Assembly: GCA_950097015.1 (NCBI GenBank)
Contig: CATNEN010000027.1
Location: 868,001 to 932,000, forward strand
DNA length: 64,000 bases
From: Macrostomum hystrix
Lineage: Eukaryota > Animalia > Platyhelminthes
Direction: 5' to 3'
Shown here: one piece after another, positions 1 to 12,024 of the stretch
How the letters are laid out: each line of letters opens with the position of its first letter
How positions within the stretch are numbered: the first letter of the stretch is position 1
Program-made: the position numbers and the translations under genes
The notes under the pieces: model-generated
What the model saw: only the letters and a program-made list of their open reading frames with translations
The model's database searches: none
Told to the model about the DNA's origin: nothing

Positions 1-353
1 GTGACAAAACTAAACTTATAAACTGTTTGCATAATGCTAGGAATTTAGTTATTCTAACTAAAAGTTTGTAGTGGCTTTTGATTTTTTAGTTAACGAACAG
101 AATGACGGTCAATTCGTTTTCTGAAATGACGATTTATCAAGAGCATAAAGGAAACTGTCAATTGTGGGTTGATTGCATATTATATTTACTAATTCGCTTG
201 TCATACCATGTTGTACGGCAAATCAGAAAGCAAACTTTGTACATGCGATAGAAAATTTATAGTCAAGACGTTAAATGAGCAAACAGACAAATTTAAATGT
301 ATAAACATGCATTTTAAACCGGTGTTCTTATTTTCACCACTACAAAACTGAAC

Positions 354-881
354 TTAGTCGCTGTCCGATGACTCCGCATGGTCCTTCTGCGTCTTACTCT
401 TACCCTCTTCTTCTTTCTGCTGCTTTCGCAGTTCAATCATTCGCTTCAACAACTCTATCTTCTTCTGTCGCGTGGCCTCGTCTTCGCTGCTGTCCTCATC
501 GTCGCTGCTGTCACCCGATGAAGAAGTCGATGACGATGTACTGGAGGATGATGAATCAGACGACGAAGAAGATGAACTGGAAGAGTTGGACTTTTTTGTC
601 TTAGCTTTGGCCACAGACGATTTGCTACTCGCCCCGGCAACCACAACGCGAGCTTGACCATTGGCTGAGACTAGCATTCGTTTATCCAGCTGTTTAGTGT
701 GACTCTCCCGCTCCAGGTACTTCCGCTTTCCGGTGCACTGATAGGTCCAGTGGCCGCGCTGGAAGCATTTCTGACAACGGGCCGACTGGTTGGCCGTCTC
801 AGCAACCTGGCGAGTGTAAAAGGCCGGTAGGCGAGGACCGTCAGGCCGACCAGGGGCGCTGCGTCTGACTGGAGTTGACAT
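354..881 (-). CDS. ZCCHC10: Zinc finger CCHC domain-containing protein 10 (zinc knuckle plus Ser/Asp-rich tail), 175 aa
   Basis: The ORF contains [22 protein letters not shown], close to the ZCCHC10 knuckle ([22 protein letters not shown], recalled). It begins MSTP and has a poly-Ser/acidic tail. A minus-strand acceptor (ttgcag|cttaATG) lies 4 nt before the ATG. Confidence 0.9.
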   Translation of the reverse strand: [175 protein letters not shown]

Positions 882-2787
882 TAAGCTGCAATAGCAGGTA
901 TATTTATGTGCTTATTAGGGAGAATAAAAATGCATGTGGCCAATTTAAAGGTAGGTAAACTGAAGCACTATGGAATTTTCTTCACGTCACATAAATTAAC
1001 TTTCTAATTAGAACTTTTAATATTCACAAATCACAAGGGGCTGTGGGATATGGTACATTATTTAACAACTTTCAGCCCACAGTTAGCAAAGAAGTGATTG
1101 AAACTCATACTGCTGATCCCTATGGGCTATGAGCAAGCACATGCATACAGTACATACATCCTGCCTAGAGAGTCAACTGTGCCCTTTCAGTTCACTTTCA
1201 TTAGGGGTTCACTTTCATTAAACCAAAAATTACACAACAAGCCCTAAGCCTTCTCTCTAGGGCAACTCCCAGTCTCAATTAAATTGGTTAGACTGGAGTT
1301 AGAGATAAATTTTCTTACTTACTATGCCAGAGGTGTCACATTTTGCTCATGTACTGGCAAATGCTGAGTACCATATTTAAAATGTTAATTTAGTTGAAAA
1401 TATTGAATATAATATTCTTTTGTGGTTCCATTTAGGATTGTCACATGTGTTATCATAGTCGATAGATTAAAAAAACTGACTTTCAGCCAATTCCTCAGGT
1501 GAATTTGCTTAGCTTACGTGCACTTATGCACATGGAACACAAGAAAAATATTTTTCTATAAATATTCTGTCTAGATTTACTTATACCTTTATTGCTACAA
1601 TGAAACTATTTGGATTCAATATAAATTTAACTTTATTAGAAACAAGTTTAGCAGAAAAAAAGATAGAGTAACATTAATTTATAAAATATTGGAGTACCTA
1701 ATGCTTTTTTAGTTGATCAGTTGTTTTTTAGTCTCCTGCAATGTTCTATACATATAAGCTAACCTTTATTTGAACTATATACTGTATACAGATTTCTCTA
1801 GCATTATGTGCAAAAAAGCTGACAATTATTCCCATGGTACTATGTGGATAGGATGGCCATTATTGCAACAAAAATGTTGTTTTAAGGATGGGTCTAGCCA
1901 CTTCCAAAAAGTAAATAATTAAAGTAAAATATTTAAATTTTGTTTATATTCACTTTGTTTTTTTAAGTTCTGTTATAATAATGGTAGTAAAAAACTAAAG
2001 TCATGTAGTCTAATTTACCATTGCTAAGCTTGTTGTTTAAGCAGAATTAATTAGGCCTATAACTACAAACAATGCTCACAGGAATTCTCAGAAAATTTAG
2101 TTTATAGGTTTCTTAGCCAGCATAGCCAGGATTTTTTGGGGATATTGGTTTTGGTTCTGTCCAGTGTATCTAGAATAAAAAACAATTAATTCATTTCTTT
2201 CAAAGAAACTGAATGCAAAAAAATTTGACATCAAATTTTGGGGGTATTGGCCAATACACCAATACCCCCCTCACTACGGCACTGCTTACAAAAGCAGAGC
2301 CCAAGGACTTGATGTTTAGACCTAGCTAGTGAGGCAGGCCCTATTTTTACCGTAGATTTGTAACTTAAATTCCCGCCAAATGCTTTTCCCCAATTTTCTA
2401 TTTTGTTTTAATGTGTTTTATCACCTGCCTCAAATATCGCTATAAATATAACCGCAATCTAGCCCAAAAGCTCCAACCGGTGCCCCGTGCCCAGTTCTGA
2501 GTGAAATAAAGGAGAATAAATCTCAAAGTGTTTGAATTCAATTATTTTAGAGAGAAGGAGAAAAGCAGGTCTGTGATAATACACAAGTCAGTGAATATTC
2601 AAAAGAATAAAGAAGGAGATAGTTATAAAAAGCAGTAGAGTGTAAAGTAAAGAGTATAACTAAAGAGCAGAGGGTAAATCCCAATTGGTGGAATAGCACT
2701 GTGTGCAAAGTTGGGCAACTTCAGTCCATTTGGAAGCCTTGAAAGACTGGGAACAAACCAGAAAGCCAGATAGTTTATGAGTAAGTA

Positions 2788-3435
2788 GGGTAATGTATCA
2801 TCAACCGAACAGTGTATCTTCAAAACCGAACAAGAATTTTAACTCCTTCCTTGGTCTCATGTAAGACGGAAACAAGCCATTGTGTTTCATCGAACAACTA
2901 ATTTAAAAGTCAAAGAAATTATCTATAAGCTGAGGCATGACATGCAACGAAGCATTAAAAGGAAGGAAAGATATGGACATTTCAGTAGAAATTTTTATCA
3001 CAAAAGCATACTTTTTAACAACATTTTATCAGCATGTACTTTATACTAAGATTGTATGCGGTTGCTTTCCAGTTAAATGACCATAAATGTAGTTATTTAT
3101 AGAGCATGAAAAATACTATCAAATGACATAATTCATGATAATTCACTCCTTAAAATAAGATTAAACCACTCACTCAAATTGTAAAACTGAACATCAAATT
3201 CTCGGTTCAGTTTGAAGATATATGAAAATCATTATTTGGCTTTAGATGAAAAACATGAATAACTTTTTTCTATTTGACAAAATAGCAAAAGCATATACTT
3301 TTTAGAAAGATGTAACTGTTTTCTATAACTTGGCTTTTGATTTATAATCATATCTTAAATAGAAAATCTGTAGGCCTAGCTTAGGTTCGAAGTTAAAAAA
3401 ATCCATATTCTTGTTTGGTTGATGATACATTACCC
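2788..3435. mobile_element. Non-autonomous MITE, 648 bp, with 24-bp TIRs and TA flanks
   Basis: Left end GGGTAATGTATCATCAACCGAACA (2788-2811) and right end TGTTTGGTTGATGATACATTACCC (3412-3435) are reverse complements with 1 mismatch. TA is present at 2786-87 and 3436-37. No coding capacity. Confidence 0.75.
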
Positions 3436-4381
3436 TAAGGAGAGGAAGAAGTGTCTTGCCGCTTGGACACTCGTGCGAACGCTACCAAATTTTGGAAGGA
3501 AAGCAGCCTATCTGGCCAATTTAAGCAATATATGCATATGAAATAAAAAGGTACATAGCCAGCCTATGAAGTATAATTAAGTCATTGACAAAGGAGACTA
3601 AGAGTTATTTCAAAGATTAATTCAAGGTGTGGAATAAGCCATTTTTTATATTAATAAAAGAGTATTGGTGGTAAAAACCAAGAGGAAGAGAGGGGCCTAC
3701 GACACTAGTGAGAAATAAATGCAGTATAAAGACTAGGCCTACTAGGCCTAGAAATAAATGCAGTATAAAGACTAGGCCTATAGCTGCAAAAAACCCTTAG
3801 CCCTATAATGTACAATATTAGTAGGTAAATATATGTGGCATATCGCATATGTGCACCATGTTAGCTTTCACTAGGCTAAGGCCCCTAAATCCCTAATGTA
3901 AAAACTTGAACTAGGCCTACACCACAAACTTTTAATGTGCCAAATGGCAATCGAGTTTGTGCAAATCCGATTAGATGCAAATCTAACAGATTTTTTTACT
4001 TAGGCCTATTATCACTAATTTTAGACTACAGCCGAAAAGGAAGTCAAAGCAACAAGAGCAAGCTTTAATATGAACGATAAGAAGTAAAAAAGTAAAAAAG
4101 TGACAACAATTTTTCCCGTTTTATATTTTGCATCTTTTGAAAAAAATATTGCTCGTAATACCGAAATGTTATTGAAGTAGATTATATCCTAAACGAATGC
4201 TTATTGCGCTAGGCCGACGCAATCGCTAACATCTACGTCGACGAATCTCGTCACCGAAACGGTGCCCTCTAAGAAGATGTGACTCCGTCGAGTCCGTCAC
4301 ATTATCTGTGACTATCCGTCACAAATCTTTTATTTTGTTATACTCTTTCTTTTTGTCGAAATATTTTAAACCAAGACTTAC

Positions 4382-4955
4382 TTTTTGAAATTCTATCTCG
4401 CTCCCCGGTCGGGACATGCTCGCGATACACCCTTTAGCATTTCTTTCCATTTTAACTTTACGCTGCCTCCCTGCAAACGTCCCTCTAAAATAAATATTCA
4501 AAAAAATTCGTCATTAATCTTTTCTTCTTATAACTAAATACCACTACATTAAAATAGTATCACTCCTACTTCGTTAGGCCTACCAAGAATAGGCCTACCC
4601 TAATCCAGTTTTTTCAGAGAGAACACAATAAACCAAAATAAATGCATATTGTGCTAGAAATAAAGCACAGAAGTATTCCTAATAACATCATAAATCATGC
4701 TATAGATTATAGTAAATCGTTATTATGTCTTACAATAATTTTTTTAATATATTAATTTATAATTTTATTTATACAAATATTTCCTTAATATTGTGTCTTT
4801 ACATAACAACTATAGTGTTACTCTAAATTGTAAGAACCAATAAAAATTCACATCGATAATATAGCATAAAGTTACCTTAAAGTAAACTAGACCATATATG
4901 CGCAACACCCGGCCGACCCGGCCGAACTGGCCAGGTGAAACGAGGGCCAAGCAAG
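4382..4955. promoter_or_regulatory. Putative bidirectional promoter region with 5'UTR exons of ZCCHC10 (minus) and rhomboid (plus)
   Basis: Minus-strand donor GTAAGT at 4381 and plus-strand donor AAG|GTAAGT at 4956 face away from each other. Matching acceptors lie at about 885 (minus) and about 5759 (plus). Inference; no transcript data. Confidence 0.45.
4605..4740. repeat. Dispersed AT-rich repeat, copy 1 (copy 2 at about 11895-12024)
   Basis: The stretch aaaccaaaata(a/g)atgcatattgt(g/t)ctagaaataaa...gtattc(c/t)taataacatc...ttatagtaaat(c/a)gttatt occurs at both places. Confidence 0.7.
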
Positions 4956-5805
4956 GTAAGTTGCGAAAACCAATTGACCAAGCGCAAAAAAAATCAAAGG
5001 GGGGACCAAGGGGCAAAAATGGAAGGCGTGAAGAAAAGGAAAAAGGGGAGAAAAAAGAGAGCAAATGAGAGCAAACTAAGTCATAAATAGAGCAATGAAA
5101 CAAACAAGGTTGCAAATGAGATCAAAAAAGTCGCACGGCCGGCTCAGATTTGGGAGGTTGTGCATGTATGAACTAGACTAGGTTATTAATCACCTATAAC
5201 TATAACATAAGAGAATAACAAATTTCCTATCCTTACTTTACCTAACAGTCATTCAAATTTTCTTTCAGTAACAAATACTTTAATGGCAAATAACAAGTCC
5301 AGTTTAGTAATTAGGTTGTCATTAGAATTGAACTTTGCTGAACTCAATAGTTAGGATTTAGCTTTAAGGTGAAACATAATCCTGGACTTTTAAATAGAAA
5401 AGCAATAGCAACAGCAATAGTAGGCCTAATATGGTTTTATCCAGTCAAATTAGTTTACAATTTCATGTTTGAATTTTTCAATAACTTTGCTACTAGTTTA
5501 TGGTAAAAGTGCTAGTAAATTAGCTATCCTAAAGCTACCAATAGCTACATAGACTGTCATCATTTTATATAGTTTTATTGCTAATCTGTTTAGCAATTTT
5601 GGATTGCAGTTGAGCACAAGTAAACCTTTAATTTAGTTTCATATTGTTTTGGTTCAAATGATTTTAAATATTCTGGTCTAAAATGTAAAATTTTATACCA
5701 CAATGTTATCTGGGATTTTCGTAATATTTTACTATCTTCCACCATTCTCCAATCCCAAGAGTTCATTGTTGACAAAGTCGCACCGACAAGGGCACCAGGC
5801 ATAAA

Positions 5806-8800
5806 ATGGGAGTCGGCAAGCGGATGTTTAATCGGGTAGTGATGTCTGCTGTGCCTGGCCAACAGCCTCGTGTGGTGATCACACCTTATGCCACAAATGC
5901 TTACATGGCCTGGCAGGATAATGGAGAAATTGAAGTATTTGCTGATGCCTATGATTGCAAACCACCACCCATTTTTATACCACTGGTGACATTGGCTGAG
6001 ATTGCTGTCTTCCTCTACTATGCCCTACATCCCGACTATAAGGACAGGTGAGTAGGCTAGCTTACATCTGGTAGAGTAAGGCAGGCTGTCAGATGGGTAA
6101 AGTAGAAAGGCTGTCAGCTGGGTAGAGTTCAGTAGGCACAGTAGATAGGAATCAAAAAGGCCGTCAGGTTGGTATAGTCAGGGACAAGTAGATTACTATA
6201 TTCTGGGACTGTGCAGTGGCCTAGTATGGAAAATAATGACTAGGCCAATTATTCCGCTTCACAAATCCAACTTCAGGGACAATGGGTGATGAAAAATATT
6301 TTAGGCCACCACTGCCTCATTATATTTGGTGTATTTAGATAAAAATATGAGGTAAAATGTTAATGCTTGCATGGCAGCACACCAAACATAATGAACATAG
6401 TCAAGTTGTGCTAGTAGAATATGAAAAAGCACAAAATAGTCACTAACAAGTGCATATGTATAGATCACTTAAGATAATTGTGGCAATGCTGTTACACTTT
6501 AATTCCATTTAATTCCCCCCTTACCTATACTCACAAAATAAACCTATCATTGAGCACTCATGGGTCTAAGGATTAGCAGGAAACTCTACTATAATATGTA
6601 GGAGCCAGATGCCTTAACTTTAGTTTTTTTACTGCACTACCTCTGATAATCAGACATGTCAGATTTTTTTACCCAAGCTGTCTAGGGTACATGATTATTG
6701 GAGCCTGTCAGATTGACAGTCAGCCAGATTATGAGAGGTAATGTGGCAATTGCAATTGCATCTAGGACCTATGAAACTGGAGCACATTTGAGTAGTAACT
6801 GCATTTTGCATTTCAGTGACATTCGATATTGCAGAAAATCATGGAGCAAAACACATCCTCTTCTTTTTTACTTGAGTACCATGGGTTTTAAAATCATTCT
6901 TCTTCTTGACAAGGCCACTGAAAAAAGTATTGGCCAGTCTGCACATTACAGACTTCATGGATGGACAAAAAAAATTACACAAATTACTGTCATACTAATG
7001 CTGGAAAGCTCGAATCATCTTGTTTGCACAACAGTCATGTGAAAATTGGAGAGAGGAGGCATAGCAGAGAAGGACAAAGGCAAATAGCTCTATTGATGGA
7101 AACACAAGTTTTCCTCTTGTGTGAAGACACTGAAACTCACTGTCCTGCTCAAAATTCATGGGATACGAGTATGACTACTGTCTGGCAGATTACCATCAAG
7201 GCCTTCCTTCTTTGAAACGTAGCCAGAAATGTAGAATAATACGCTTCTTTCTTCTTGTCTGATCGATTCAATCTGCAATGCAGTTTGGTCGTAAGAATGT
7301 ATAATCAATTCTGCAGTAGCTGCATGCTTATTATGTACTATTAAAATATATACAAGCTAAAAAAGTTTTACTTACAAAATCTGAAGCAGTGTCAATGAAC
7401 TCCCATTCGCGGTCGGATAAATCTGCTGAGCAGTAAGGCAATTCATCGCCATGCTTCGAAGGATGCTCTCCAAGAGCGTGAAACAATTTAAGCCGTTGTA
7501 GCTTTCCAGCAAGGAGAACTTGTTCGTATGCAATGAGGCTCACCCCTCCGAACTGCTGCCGATAGACACCGAATTCACCTTCAAGTGCATCGCTTTGTAA
7601 ACTTCCCAGAAGGATATACTGAACACTTGAATCCTTGAGAATATCACAGGTAAGCGAGATCAAATTTTCAAGACTCGCCTTTGTCTCTGAAGCGATAGTT
7701 TGAATTCGCATTCTACCCTGATACGCAGGCATTCACATCACATGATCACATGAGCTTGTGATAGGGCGTCGGTCATGGTCGTTTAGTAGCAGGTGACTGC
7801 AAGGGCCTCGGACATTCAAGATGTTCCAAAGCCTTGTAATCGCATGGAAAATTCCTGTTGTGTCACGTTTGTCATCCTGTGCCAAGGCAGCAACCGTTTT
7901 GTCATTGAAAATATCAACTGCCAACGATACCCTTTGTTTGTCTAGAGAACTCGGGTGCAGAGACCGATGAGACAGCTTAGTTCTCCGAACTGCATGCTGC
8001 TACTTTTTGCGATAAATTTCTTCCAGATCTGTCCATTTTGCCAACGAGGCACAACTCTCCTCCTTTTCGTAGTACAGCAGGCTTCCACCCACCCATTATC
8101 CCTTATAATGGCCTTCCACCCATTAAAGGTTTAACCATAAAGGCCAGCACTGTTCTGGCTAGCATATTCGGCAGAAAATCCAATGACATGACCACTTCTG
8201 TACCTGACAGACGGCTTAATGTTTGTCAAACAGAATAATGCACAGTCGCTGCAGGCCATTGATGGCGCCAAATTAATACTTCGCAACAACCGTAGCCTCC
8301 TCTTCAGACCCGATTTCTGCAAATTTTCCGACTGCTCTTTTTAGAGTCGACGCATGTGGCAGAGTCAGGTTCTCTCGAATAAGTTTGTAGCAAGATCGGT
8401 TCCTTAAAAGAAGAGCGAATGACAGACATTGTTGCTACACTGGAACTGTACCATAGCCCACTGCTGTCAACTGTGGCCAGTTCTAACTGCTCGAGTAAGA
8501 AGTCCATGCGTTGGTTTGAGGTGCTTTATAGCTTTACCTTTTTGTGCAGCGAATTAGCAGCACACTTTACTTCCGCCCTTAATTAAAGTTGCGTCTGCTT
8601 GACATGGTTGATGATCGCATCCAGTTGGCTCCATCTACTCAGGCGATGCTGATACCCGAGCAGTGATTGCAAACTTGAGCATGGCGTGTACTCTCGAAAA
8701 GCTCGCACATAAAATTCACTGTCAATCTTGATAGAGATCGCAATGATTGGTGGCATAGAAGAAAAATCTATACTCACAATAAACACTGCATTATCAGTGT

Positions 8801-11476
8801 ACTGAATGAAGCACTGAGGCAATTTCCGCTCACGTAATTCGTCGCAGAAGACATGAAAATCAGACGAAATGCTGTCAGACATGATAAATTAATCCAGTTT
8901 ATCAGACAGTGCTGACCTTTGTTGAAGAGAAATGCGACGATCATTTATGGCTCTCCCCTTATTAGGGTTTGTTTGCGGATGGTAGGAAGCAGGAGTATCC
9001 GGAAATATAGATGGCGGCACAGCAGGTCGAAATCTTCCCTTGATTTTAGTCAAAGGGATATCCTCAGGCCAATAGCGGGCGCATACGTGCACATGTTGCT
9101 TGTAACGTCTCTTTCATGTATAACATTCGGAAGTTTTCCAAGCCACAGCGTTAACCCATCTTTATCTCTAGGAAAGGCGTAGCAATGAATACCACGAGTC
9201 TCACCATCATATCCAGTTCGACAGCCTCCAACACTGCATTTTCTGGGCATTGGGCAGGACTCACAACAGGACAAATTCTTGCATTAAGATGCTGATTAAG
9301 GATGAGGCCAGACAGCTTTATTCCTGTACTCCTCTTTCTGTAGCTTCACGCTTTACGCCATGTTGATACGATTTTGTGCAGATGAAATGTGTTTAACCAA
9401 ACTTGAAGCTTTGGATATTCAGTGTATATATTTTAGACTGTCTTGGTCTGAATCCAAAGGGCTTTGGTCTTTTAAGGGACAAATGTACACTATGCTTCTT
9501 GGTTGTCTCCCTCCGAATGCACATTTACGCGCACACAGAAGACAAGTTCTCTCCTATCAACCAATGGCGCTTACCCAAGGGCACCACCCCACACCCCCGA
9601 TTCCAGCCGCGAATAAGGCCTCGGCCTAGTGTCATTATTTTCCACACTAGGCCACTGCAGTCCCGGTATATAGTAATCAAGTTGTCCCTGGTACAGTAGA
9701 TTAGAGTCAAGTAAAACAGGCTGTCAGGTTGGTACAGTAGATTAGAGTCAAGTAAAACAGGCTGTCAGTTTGGCACAGTAGATTAGAGTCAAGTAAAACA
9801 GGCTGTCAGGTTGTGGAGGCCAAGAAGATAGGTGTTACCGGCAAATCCGTGAATGCAATCAATTCCGCAGGTACCCTGTAACAGCCTCCTCAGGCTGCCC
9901 AATGGAGTCACCGCTAATTTACAACCCCCACAAGAGGTGGGAGGCCTGGCGCTTTTTGAGCTACACGCTGCTGCACAATGGCTACATGCACCTCATCTTT
10001 AACTGCTTCATTCAGGTCAGATTTCTTAGTTTGTTAAATACTTTGTACCGCCACTTTTTCAAGATCGTATTATCTTAAAAACACATGGAAGATCTGTTGT
10101 AAAGATTGTAAAGAGCAAGCACTCACACACATGTGTACGTCTGCCCTGACTTTCTCATCGTCAGACCCTGTGGTCTGTGTTACTGTTAAGGCACTTACTG
10201 TGCCTTGGAGGTTGGCCCTGAAGGGCGTAAATTGTACTCAAGCTCCCAAGCCTTCTCTACGCCACTCACCCCCTCTCAGAATCCATTGATTCCCTTCTAA
10301 ACATGGTTCAGAATCCATTGATTCCAAGTTGACATGGTTCTGAGTTTATACATTCCATTTTTACACGGTTTAAGAATCTCCTTAATCCCCTTTCCCAGCT
10401 GGTTCTTGGCACGCTGCTTGAACTGGTGCACAAATTCTGGCGCGTTGGCCTTGTGTACCTGCTGGGTGTGATAGCCGGATCTCTGGCCAGCTCCTGCTTC
10501 GACTCGCGCACCTACTTAGCTGGCGCCTCCGGTGGCTGCTACACCCTGATCGGTGCCCACTTTGCCAACGTGCTGATGAACTGGGAGGAGATGCAGTACG
10601 ACTGGCTAAAGAGTCCAATCAGCTTCATTGGCAGCGGGGTTGTTCGGCTGGCCATTCTGCTGGTACTGGCTGGCAGTGACACGGGCCTAGCTGTGTACAC
10701 CAGGTTATTCAGCGGTGTGGTCAGCAGGACCAGCTTTGCTGCTCACGGCGGAGGCTTTCTCGCAGGTGAGAGACCTGTTTTGGATTGGGTTTGGCTGGGT
10801 TATGTCAGGCTTTGTGGTGGATTTCAGGAACTGTGTTCAAGTTAGAGTTTTTGTTCATTTTAAAAGGCTAATGAAAACAGTACTTGTACGATTGGAAAAT
10901 ATTTTAACAAAGGTATGGTATTAAAATAACTAATAAAATTGAATTAACTATTTGAAGTAGACAAAAAAATTAACCCATTAAGTGCATTATGAGGGATGAG
11001 ATAAAAAATTAACCTCAGTTTGGATATTTCATTGTAAGCATTCAAACTTCAGAAGAGCTGGGGTGCATTGGAGTGCTATATATTCAGATAAAAATAATGT
11101 TTGCTTTTTTACTCTTATGCAATACCCCCATTACAGGAAATTAACGATAAATTTAATCATACTACTAATAGAGTTTTTTAAGACTGGGGAACTAAAGACT
11201 TTGCGATTTAAAAGAATTCCAAGTTGGTGTTATGACACTACAAACGTTTAATTTCAAGGCCTCCTAATCGGCGTTCCTCTGCTGCGCAATCTGGACGTTA
11301 AAAACTGGGAGAAGGTGCTCTTTTGGGTATTTCTAATAATATTCATGCTGCTAATGGCCGCGGCTGTACTGTTCAACGTCTTCTGCGCCAACGAAGGCGT
11401 TGACATGTGCTACGGCACGCCGAAGCCAGCGACGCCGCCACCTGGCGGACTGTTTTTAGTAAATCGAGCCGCTTAA
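5806..11476 (+). CDS. Rhomboid intramembrane serine protease (RHBDL/Drosophila rhomboid type), about 323 aa; exons 5806-6047, 9871-10015, 10399-10765, 11259-11476
   Basis: All introns are GT-AG and the phases are consistent (total 972 nt). Motifs: CKPPPIFIPLVTLAEI (TM1), EAWRFLSY (WR loop), HNGYMHLIFN, catalytic GASGG serine and FAAHGGG histidine. Confidence 0.93.
6179..9690 (-). mobile_element. P-element superfamily (THAP9-like) DNA transposon, 3512 bp, decayed, in rhomboid intron 1
   Basis: 68-bp imperfect TIRs starting CAGGGACAA (6179-6246 and 9623-9690). Near-identical 7-bp flanks GTATAGT (6172-78) and GTACAGT (9691-97). Internal transposase remnants on the minus strand. Confidence 0.88.
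7331..9250 (-). pseudogene. Frameshifted THAP-domain P-element transposase
   Basis: THAP start MPRKCSVGGC...FPRDKD...W (ATG 9250), then a frameshift near 9092 into HVCARYW...RPAVPPSIF. Core fragments: IILFD, IKPSVRYRSGHVIGF, ARTVLAFMVKPLMGG, KWTDL...DKQRVSLAVDIFNDKTVAAL, YILLGSLQSDALEGEFGVYRQQFGG. Several frameshifts and stops. Confidence 0.85.
9691..9812. repeat. 41-bp tandem repeat (about 3 copies), with degenerate continuation at about 6060-6178
   Basis: Unit gtacagtagattagagtcaagtaaaacaggctgtcaggttg. Related sequence lies on the other side of the P element. Confidence 0.7.
10120..10270 (-). mobile_element. Partial copy of the tRNA-derived SINE (body only)
   Basis: Shares ctgccctgactttctcatcgtcag and ggttggccctgaagggcgtaaattg...ccaagccttctct with the copies at 16.5, 41.0 and 56.5 kb. 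Confidence 0.7.
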
Positions 11477-12024
11477 ATGGGTGTATCAAAGACTGCTTGC
11501 TACGAGCATGAAATTGCCTTTTCCTAAAAACTCCAAAAAAGTTTTCTATTTTGTGTTTTGGCTGCGAATCAGATTTTTTGTTGCTCGATTTGTTGGTGAA
11601 AAATGTCAGAAGACGAATTTCAATCAAGTTGCCGTTTTGGCATTTGTTCTGGAATGTTACTTTTTTACTTTAATTTTACTTGCGTTTGCATTTATTTTCT
11701 TGCGAATCCTTAACTTTTCTGCATAGCTATCTCTTTATAATTTCTTGGCTAATTAAAGCAGTTCTCGTGAATTAAGAAATTAGCTGTATAGATAATAGAT
11801 CGTATATTTATCCAACCCGATTTTTCACTCTGATCTTAGTTAAAACTTGGTCTGTTTCTCGTCAATCCAAATGCGTCACGACTTTTTTAAACGCAGTTTT
11901 TTTTCTGAGAAAACACTAAACCAAAATAGATGCATATTGTTCTAGAAATAAACCAGAGCAGTATTCTTAATAACATCTTAAATCAGCTATAAATTATAGT
12001 AAATAGTTATTCTGTCTGACAATA

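Noticed and set aside
2115-2284. Small hAT-like MITE ending in cactacggcactg
   Set aside because: The left end is too degenerate and no TSD is visible; not supportable without other copies.
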